Positions 55,001 through 64,000 of a stretch of 64,000 bases of DNA are shown here, piece by piece. Numbering within the stretch: position 1 is the stretch's first letter; each line of letters starts with the position of its first letter. The position numbers and the translations under genes are program-made. Below the pieces are notes generated by a model. That model was not told the origin of the DNA. It was given only the letters and a program-made list of their open reading frames with translations, and ran no database searches. Origin of the DNA: Octopus sinensis (Eukaryota); NCBI RefSeq assembly GCF_006345805.1, contig NC_043016.1:1674001-1738000 (forward strand). Reading direction: 5' to 3'.

Positions 55001-55605
55001 ATCGTCAACAACCAGTGGTATGCCGCCTTTAAGAGGACGGTTAAAGCAGAATCGATTGCGTTTAGCAAAGAGTTAGCAATAGGAAGGACTAGATTAGAGG
55101 GTGAAGTAATTAGCAAATTAGAAGAGGCGGCCTATCTGTTAGCGGTGAGAATGGCCCTTGACTATTTCTTCGAAGCGAAACACGAAGGTTGCCTTGTCAG
55201 AGCTAAGGCCCATGCGCTTAAACAGGAAGAAACTAAAGCTGTCCGATGCGCCCGAACGGTGGAGACACAACGCGGAAACAAAACCCGATTAGGTCTAAAT
55301 GTAGACCTGTGAGCCGGTGAGAAGGTGTTGGAGAGGGCACTTGCTCTTGAGGTTTCAGGGAAATTTCGGACAGTGAGGTTCTTCGATTATCCCCAGAGGC
55401 CTTCCTGTATCGAGGGTGGGGGGCACAACTCTATCATCCTCCTCAACACGTTTCATCTAACGTTTGTATACTATGTACATGTCCCTTCTTTTTCAGTGTA
55501 TACCGTGTATACTTTATTCTTTTTTTATCATTTCATTATATGTAAACTCCCACACTTTATGCCTGTCTCTGTATTGCCTCTCACCCTTGTGGAAAATAAA
55601 TGATA
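52075..55605 (+). mobile_element. Degraded Tx1-clade LINE with ORF1 and APE, RT largely deleted, (ATT)n tail
   Basis: ORF1 fragments 52267-53900 (VEVRKPRYHTC). ORF2 start ~54086 (VNVRS), LVLVGDWN, SYLDRV, GPGYWKLNAS, AKHEGCLVRAK, then a jump at ~55290 to the C-terminus and 3' UTR (cccttgtggaaaataaatgat(att)n). Confidence 0.8.
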
Positions 55606-55831
55606 TTATTATTATTATTGAGTGAGAGAGCAGAATCATCGAAGTTTTTGTTTGTCTTGTTGTCGAGAGAGGCTCGCTTTCTTTCCTGATGAGAAGATTG
55701 CATAATGCACCCTTTATTCCTTTGGAATGAAAACATGTGTCGAGAGTAAAGGAATTTTGTTAACATCTTCGTTCGACTCCATTCTTTCATTTATTCATAT
55801 ATATATATATAGTTAATTCAAATAAATAAAC

Positions 55832-55876
55832 AGGCGCAGGAGTGGCTGTGTGGTAAGTAGCTTGCTAACCAACCAC
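55832..55876 (+). mobile_element. 5' head fragment of SINE family 2
   Basis: ggcgcaggagtggctgtgtggtaagtagcttgctaaccaaccac matches the head at 57243. Confidence 0.6.
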
Positions 55877-56961
55877 AAAAAATCTGTAAATTTTTCCACT
55901 TTGAAAATATTTATTTATATTATATAGAGGGTACTATTATTCATAGGTACCGACACGCTAGAAGGGACCCTTGCAGTCAAAACTACTAAAATAAACAAAC
56001 TTTACCGAATGCAAAACTTCAAAGCAAGTCATTTAAAAACAGAATTTAGTTACATATCACCTGTGATTTCGCAATCAATGCAGAATATGCATTCTATGCT
56101 CTTCAGTGCAACGAACTCAAGACATGTAAGGAAAAAACATATATATATATATTATATATATATATATATATATGTACACACACACATATATATATGTATA
56201 TATATATTCATACATGTATATGTATGTAAGTTATTCCTCGACAATTATGTGACTATGTATGATGTATACCTTAAGTCTGTCTGGGTTTTTAATATAAAAC
56301 TTGCTGTGAAACTGTCTTACACATTGGTTTGCAAATGAGTGCTAAAATCGTAATTAAATGGCACCATTAATTTCTTTATCTTTTTATTGTTTGCTTTGTA
56401 ACGCAATTTGCAAATAGTCTCATTCGAAATGAAAATTGAAATAAAGACATATTTTTGATCCTCAAATACTTGTTTATTCATTTTATTTCTTTTGTATTTT
56501 TCTTCTAAATTGCAACGTTTATTGGTGTTTAAATTTCGTGTTTGATTTTTTTTCTATTCACGCCTCGTCTCCTGAGTTGATTTTATGAAAATAAGGCAGT
56601 TGCATAATTTTCGATTTTCAAACCTTTAAAATTAGATAAAAAACAAAACAAAACAAAATCATGATTTTCCCAAAATTTGATTTTTCCAATTTTCAATTAA
56701 AATTATTATAGTTATTATGTAGCTCCAGATTAGCTTTGATCAATGAAATTTTTTATCAAAGACGAGGAAGATTTAGCTGTTTTCCCAAGCAGATCGAATG
56801 ACCTTGTAAAAACGTTCAGAATGTGTAACAGAATTATAAGTTTATTGTTGTACTGGTAAACAGCAGAGGGCTAGTAGCTTAAGTAGCAAAACTATGAAGC
56901 CTACCAAGAGGTATAAGATCGCTTCCCACTTAGTGCTCAGTTTTCTCTCTATATATATACG

Positions 56962-56992
<31 letters not shown>

Positions 56993-56996
<4 letters not shown>

Positions 56997-57172
56997 TGTA
57001 AGTATAAGCCATCTTATCATGGCTAACCATTGGGGGGGGGGGTGTTACTGTAGCTTTATAGCCCCAAGCGATCTTCGTCTACAGTAACACCCCCACCCCC
57101 TCCCCAAAGCTACAGTAACACCCCCTCCCCAATGTGGTTAGCCATGATAAGATGGCTTCCATATTTTACATT
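56993..57172. repeat. Short fold-back repeat in (TA)n
   Basis: Arms ataatgtaagtataagccatcttatcatggctaaccattgggg...gtgttactgtagcttt and its near reverse complement. An internal third copy of ctacagtaacaccccc is present. Confidence 0.75.
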
Positions 57173-57242
57173 ATCGAGCGATTACTGTTTCAATCTCATT
57201 CTGAGATTTAATTGTGCTATATATATATATATATATATATAG

Positions 57243-57520
57243 CCGTAAGCGTGACTGTGTGGTAAGAAGCTTGCTTCCAAATCAAATGGTTCTGAACTTA
57301 GTTCCACTGCGTGGCACCTTCAGCAAGTGTTTTCTACTATAGCCTCGGATTGACCAAAACCTTCTGAGTGGATTGTGTGTGTTTGTGTGTCTTTGTATCT
57401 TTAATTGTCCCACAAAACTCTTGGCAGCTGGTGTTGGTTCGCTTACGTCCCGGTAACATAGCGGTTCGGCAAAAATCCCCAATATAATAAGTACCAGGGC
57501 CAAAAAGGATGACTGGCTAT
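57243..57520 (+). mobile_element. SINE family 2 (tRNA-like head), diverged
   Basis: gtgactgtgtggtaagaagcttgcttcc...ggttctgaacttagttccactgcgtggcaccttcagcaagtg...gctggtgttgg...gcggttcggcaaaa. Confidence 0.7.
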
Positions 57521-57625
57521 AACCTTTTCCCCTATAATTCATATTTCTTTGAATCTTGAATAATAGATATTGATTGATTGATATATATATATGTAAACAG
57601 ACACAAGTGTATCTATCTATCTCTG

Positions 57626-57708
<83 letters not shown>

Positions 57709-57733
57709 ATATATATATATATGTCTATCTATC

Positions 57734-58880
57734 TGCGCAGACATGCGCTGAGACTGCGACATCTCCAGCTCTATGTAGACGACAGTGAACAGGTGTGGTC
57801 GCCGTTTGTGAGGCACGTCTTCCCGCAGCTCGTCCCCATGACCGAACTGCAGTCGTGGATCAAAAAGAGGCCGAGGAAGGGCGAATGGCACCGCGAGTGT
57901 CGCGTTGTTCTCAAGCAACTCTGCCGTCCCGAGTCGACTTTGAGTGACTTCAACACAACCAATGCATTCTATAGGGGATTAGTGGAGGGGAGGTACGACG
58001 ACGAACTCGTGTCGAACCCGGATGTCGACGAGGAATACCTGACCCGCCTGTTCAGGACGACTTTCGGACAACTTCCAGAGATCTCTAGCCTGGCAGTGCT
58101 ACCGAGAAGCGCTACCCGTTCGGGATAAGCTCTACAGACACATCTCGAGAAACACGGGCCCGACCTGCCCGAGATGCGGTCAGAGTGACGAAACCGTTCT
58201 GCACGCACTCGTGCAGTGTCCAACAATTTCCGACTTGCGGGCTTATGTCGAACGACTGCTGTCACGTGTGGGACGAGTCGGTTTATCAGCCGAGTCTATC
58301 GTCAATATTGTCACACCTCCTTCCTCCAAACGGGAAGGAAGAGCTATTTTCATCATCCTTGTGGGCGTGGCGAAAGAATGTATCTGGTGGACGCGTCTGA
58401 AAGGATTGGAGACAAACACTTTCCTCTCTGGTCAATCTCTCATCAACTTCTTCAAGTATCACTTGGAAAGGAAAGTGAAAGTAGAGAGGCAAGTTTTGTC
58501 TAGCGAATGTGTTAAAGAATGATGGGTAAATGTAGCAAGGATGGCACGTATGAATGACGAAGCTACCTTGAGCATAATCCTATGAACCCGGAAATTTAAA
58601 ACAGAGGTTTACCTACTTGCAAACAGATGTGGTAACATGTAACAATATTGACCAAGGTTACTGTGGTCTTTTCCGTAGGCTTTTCTTCCCACAGATAAAC
58701 CTTATCTGCTTCCCCCTTTACACCTTACATCATGACACTGTGATACACGATCCCTATTGATCGTTTTTTTCTTTTTTTCCTTTCTTTTTTTCTTCCTTCC
58801 CTTTTATGATCCTTTTCATCGAAAACCCTCCCCCGCCTTTTTTGCCCCAAAAGAAAAGCTCTATTTTGTAATCTGTCCCG
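57734..58880 (+). mobile_element. 5'-truncated Tx1 family B copy inside (TATC)n
   Basis: LRRHALRLRHL...TELQSWIKKRPRKGEWH; CPRCGQSDETVLHALVQC; colinear with 62410-63510. (TATC)n at 57615-57733 and 58881-59190. Confidence 0.88.
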
Positions 58881-58951
<71 letters not shown>

Positions 58952-59029
58952 GTCTGTCTGTCTGTCTATCTGTCACTTTGTCTGTATGTCTGTCTCTTTG
59001 TCTGTCTGTCTGTTTATCTATCTATCTAC

Positions 59030-59095
<66 letters not shown>

Positions 59096-59118
59096 ATCTA
59101 TCTATCTATCTATCTATA

Positions 59119-59190
<72 letters not shown>

Positions 59191-59192
<2 letters not shown>

Positions 59193-62100
59193 GATCGATA
59201 GTGTTCGTTGTTGGATCGGCTCGGAAGTCAATCGCCTTTTTTTTATTGTTTTTTTGCAAGGGTTTCATTTCAAATTTTCGCGCACGGAGTGTGTAGGACA
59301 CCCAACTTTCGTCTGGGTGTGTTTCCCGGATGGGATTTTGCCCCTAGGGGCAATTTCAGTTTTGTTTATATATAAAAACTCTAGCTTATTTTTACATAAT
59401 GTCGCCGAAGCGTTCCACATAACGCACAAACGCTGTTCTCTCTCTCTCTGTTACATCCATTGTTTACATTTTCGGAGTTTTTATCTTTTCAAATGCCCAA
59501 CTTTCGTTTGGGTGTTTTTAAACGTGGAATTCGCCCCTAGGGGTATTTTCATCAACCTTTCAATAATTGATTTTTATTTCTCGATAAGAAATGTCGAGAA
59601 ATCATGTCGTTGAGCAGTATTCTGCGATTTTTTCTGAGAAGGATTTTTCTGCTTTGGGAAAGACAGAAGAAAGAAGAATTGTCGAGTCAGTCAACAAAGA
59701 CGCTGCTACTAAAAATGATAAGTCTGTTATCAACGCCACCACCACCAACACCAAAGCTACCACATCTACTACCCCCACTGACACAACAACCGTTAACAAC
59801 AACAACAACAAGAATAACAACAACAAAAATGAAGTAAATATAAATGTCCATGATGTATCGCAAGATTTGACTATCTCACCTATTAATGGTGAAGATAATA
59901 TTAACAAGACAAAATTAACAGTCCCTGAAAAAGCTACAAGCATTACAACAACCAACAATAATTCTGATACAAGAACAACAAAAACACACAACGACAACTG
60001 CCAGAAGAGAACTGTGAATTTCGCTGACACGCTGCGTCAAAAAAGAGAAATAGTACATTTCACAAATGAAGAGTTGTTGGAGACAAGAGCACTCTTCACA
60101 ACATCAGGACAAAACCTGATTCTACACACTCCACATCATATTAGAGAAGATGTAGAAAAGCGAACAATTCTATATAGAATTATTAGGAAAAACACGAAAA
60201 AAACCGAACAAATAACAAAAACAGATGTGGAAAAATGTGCAAAAAACATAATGAAAACAAAAGAATATATAAACTGGGGTCCCCAGTTTAATACCGTAGT
60301 AGTCCGCTTCCATAATCAGGAAGAGGAAAAGCTCACTCTACGGAGACATTACAAAATGAAGAACTCGTCATGGTTCCATACTACATGGGACAAAGAGTAA
60401 GATAAGAATAAAAAATGTCCCGCCCGAAATCCCACCCAAATGAATAACATCGGCGATATGTTATCATTTAAAATCGATCAACATATTAGAAATCGCCGTT
60501 GTTAAAAATGATAGTTAGAGTAGGAAATCGATAGAAGTCACTATTCAAATCGATGAGTCTTCTATCGAGAATTTACCAAATATTATATATTTAGAAAATG
60601 GCCAAAGCCTGTATGTGGTAGCGGAGGGTAAAAAACCACGATGTTACCGCTGTGGCAGCCCAGACCACTTAATCGCAAAGTGCGTTCTGGGACAGAAAAA
60701 ACACGAAAAAACAAATCAGAAAACAAATAAAAAACAACATCTGCTACCAACACCACCAAACCCACAACTGATACAAGAATTATATAGAGATATGGAACAA
60801 CGCCAAGAACAACAACAAACTAGAGGCACTTACCACTGGCAGCGCAACCAACGGGCTGGCTGCGAGGATGGCCCTCGACCAACACCTCAACGCCAAGCAC
60901 GAAGTTTGCGTCGTCAGAACTAAAATGCGTGCCTTAAGGAACGAAGGGATCGAAGCTGTGCGAGAGGCCCGGGTAGCGGAGGCGCAGCGTGGCAACAAAG
61001 CCACCATTCGGTCTCTAATAGATCAACAGGGATGCAGTTTTCTCGAACCCGAAAGGATGTGTGAGGCCTTTCAACAGCAATTTGCTCGACTGTTAGGTGC
61101 GAGTAGTGGGTCGGAACGCGGGATAGATTTCAGTGCATATCTGACCGACCTGCGCGGCTCTCGGCAAGAGAAGCGGAGTGTTGTGAAAGTCCCATCACAG
61201 CCGCTGACATGCGGGATGCGATGGCGGGCTGCACGAGGAATAAGTCGCCTGGATTGGATGGTTTACCATACGAGCTGTATTGTCAAATGCCAGACTTGTT
61301 TGACGACCTCTTTGCATCAGTCTACTGCAACTGGCAACAAAACGGGAGAATCCCCGGTTTCGTGAGCCGAGGTGCAGTGACGTTGCTGAAGAAAGACCCA
61401 AACAAGGGGAATTTTATAGATAATTTCAGGCCCATCACTCTGCTCAACGCAGATTTGAAAATTTTGGCCAAAGTAATAGCCGAGATGTTGGCGCTTGTCA
61501 TTGGTAAACTGGTCGACATGGCAAAAACATGCGCCGTGCTGGGCAGAACCGTACATGTCAACCTCCATCTGATGCGCTACATTGTGAACAGGGTAATTAA
61601 GGATCCTGGCATGGGTGGGGCGCTGATCAATTTGGATCAGTCTAAAGCCTTCGATAGGGTCGACCATCGGTACTTGGCGGCCGTCCTCAGGGCGGCTGGC
61701 TTCGGTCCTGTCTTTCGCGGTTGGATTGTTGCCTTCTATAGCGGCATCCGATCGGTAATTCGGGTGAACGGTCACCTGTCGAAACCGTTTGACATCACGC
61801 GTTCGGTCCGTCAGGGGTGTCCCCTGTCGGCGCTTCTGTATGTATTGACTCTCGAGCCGCTACTAGGTTGCGGGACGAGCGGGTCAGCATATGCGGAGGA
61901 TGTCATCATCATAGTGTCGAGCGACAAACACATCCAGATGATAGGCGAGACACTAAAAGAATACGAAACGGTGACGGGAGCGAAAATTAACCCGGAAATG
62001 TCAGTGGGTCTGCTACTCGGGACCTGGAGAAACAAGCCCATGCCGTCCGACTGCGGCTCAATAGTGGGACGCTGGATGGACGGACCGGTTAAATTGCTCG

Positions 62101-63565
62101 GGGTCTAGTTCAGTCCGGACCTCCAAATGGATAAGAACTGGGACGAGATCACGAGTAGAGTGGTTGCGCTCAGCCAAACATGGGCCGAGAAAAAGCTGTC
62201 TCTAAAAGGTCGGGCAGAGGTGGCGAACGCGTACATCGCATCCGTTATCGATTACCGCCTGACCGTCGTACCTTGTCCCGACGCCACAATCACCAAACTG
62301 GAGCGCATACTCTTCCGCTTCCTGTGGAAGGGTGGCGTTCCGATGGTGAGGCGGTCCATTTGCTGTCAACATCCGTTAAATGGAGGACTGGGCATGCCGT
62401 GGTTGATGATGCGCAGGCAAGCGCTGAGACTGCGACATCTCTGGAACTTCATCGATGACGGTAAACAGGTATGTGAGGCGCGCCTTCCCGCAGCTAGTCT
62501 CACTGACCGAACTGCAAACGTGGATCAAGAAGAGACCGAAACTGGGCGATTGACACCGAGAGTGTCGCCAAGCTCTACAGCAGCTCTGCCGACCGGGGTT
62601 AAACTTGTGCAACTTACAAACGACTAAAGCGTTCTATAGAGGACTAGTGGAGGGGATGTCCGACGACACACTCGGGGCAAACCTGGGCGTCGACGAGAAA
62701 TTCCTAACCCACCTGTTCAGGACGATGTTCGGGCCGGGGCGTATGGATAACTTCCAGAGATCCCTGCCTTGGCAATGCAATCGAGACGCACTACCTGTTC
62801 GAAAGAAGAGCTACAGGCACGGTTCGAAAACCATCACCAGACCGACCTGCCCGAGATGCGGTCAGAGCGACGAAACCGTTCTGCATACACTCGTGCAGTG
62901 TCCAGATATTTAAGAGCTGTGGACCTTCGTCGAACAGCTGTTGTTGCGTGTAGGACGGACCCGCTTATCGGCCGAGTCTATCGTGAATATTGTTCCACCA
63001 CCTTCCTTTAAACGGGAAGGGAAAACGGTTTTCGTTACGCTGATGGCTATGGCGAAAGAATGTGTGTGGTGGACGCGTTTGAAAGGACTGCAAACAAACA
63101 CCTTCCTCTCTGGTCTGTCTCTCGTCAACTTTTTCAAGTACCACTTGAAAAGGAGGATGAGAATTGAGAGGAAGGCTTTGTCGAACGAATGTTTTAATAA
63201 AAAGTGGGTAAAAGTGGCAAAAATGGTCAGTATGAAAGACGACTCTATTTTAAGCGTAAATCTGTAACAAAAAGAGACAACGAGAAGTAAGGCGACTTAC
63301 TCATGTGTTCATTTTCTATCTGAGGTGACCTTTGTCTTTTTTGTAGGTTTTTCTTTCCAAGGCTACACCTAAACTGTGAACTTTATATATATATATATTG
63401 CTTTTTTATTCACCACACAACCCACAGATCCCTATTGATCGAACGTGTTTTTTGGGGGGTTTTTTTTGTGTGTCCCACCCATCCCACCTCGAAAAGAAAA
63501 AGCTCTACATTGTATTTCGTCCATTTTATTCTGTGTTTAGCCCTGTGTGGCTACAATAAAAAGTT
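59191..63565 (+). mobile_element. Tx1 family B copy with 5' UTR and ORF1, APE domain deleted, RT and C-terminus present, inside (TATC)n
   Basis: ORF1 59591-60400 plus CYRCGSPDHLIAKC (~60640-60685). Junction at ~60810 straight into ARMALDQHLNAKHE. RT 61209-62108 (KSPGLDG, FRPITLLN, DQSKAFDRVDH, QGCPLS). C-terminus 62127-63267. 3' end ttagccctgtgtggctacaataaaaagtt(atct)n. Confidence 0.9.
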
Positions 63566-63750
<185 letters not shown>

Positions 63751-64000
63751 TTTGCATGTATGCACATATATGCCATAAATGTACCGAGTGACCTAAAGTT
63801 CGATCATGTGTTCACTTGATCTGCTAACAGTAACGGCTAAATCTCTCTGAAATCACATCTACCATCTAACACAAGATATTCTAAGTAGTGCAATACGAAT
63901 TACTGTATGTGTAAAATATTCCAGCCGTGACCATGCATTTTCTCTGGTTTATACTTAAATAGCACTGATCTATGATAAAACGACATCACACACACAAATA

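Noticed and set aside
57177-57212. Half hammerhead on the minus strand (aatctc/gagatt GAAA CAGUA)
   Set aside because: No CUGANGA core or stem I partner upstream.
58757-59201. (YLSI)n ORFs here and at 57574 and 63435
   Set aside because: Translations of (TATC)n repeats.

Overview
AT-rich eukaryotic DNA that is almost all repeats. The SINEs, LINE families and microsatellite load suggest a cephalopod (Octopus-like) genome; this is inference. I found no host protein-coding gene. Every recognisable ORF belongs to a transposable element, and the remaining ORF-track entries are translated microsatellites or antisense frames. Contents: R4/Dong-type RLE LINEs stacked in (TAA)n; Tx1/L1-clade LINEs, one family with (ATT)n tails (including a near-intact 5.7 kb copy) and one embedded in (TATC)n; a CR1-like LINE; a 5'-inverted RTE insertion with a 12-bp TSD; a Penelope-like element; a Gypsy-type solo LTR; a non-autonomous Helitron; several SINEs; and a ~555-bp non-coding element that sits in (TAA)n. 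There is a 100-N gap at 42125-42224, and nearby sequence looks error-prone. Best leads: (1) four families of minimal type I hammerhead-ribozyme (HHR) motifs, two of them arranged as head-to-head inverted pairs in (TA)n that look like MITEs, and several with unusual core variants; (2) a Tx1 family that appears to target (GATA)n/(TATC)n; (3) a SINE whose 3' tail matches the Tx1 3' UTR; (4) a twin-priming-like RTE insertion. All alignments and RNA folds were done by eye, and boundaries are approximate unless exact motifs are quoted.
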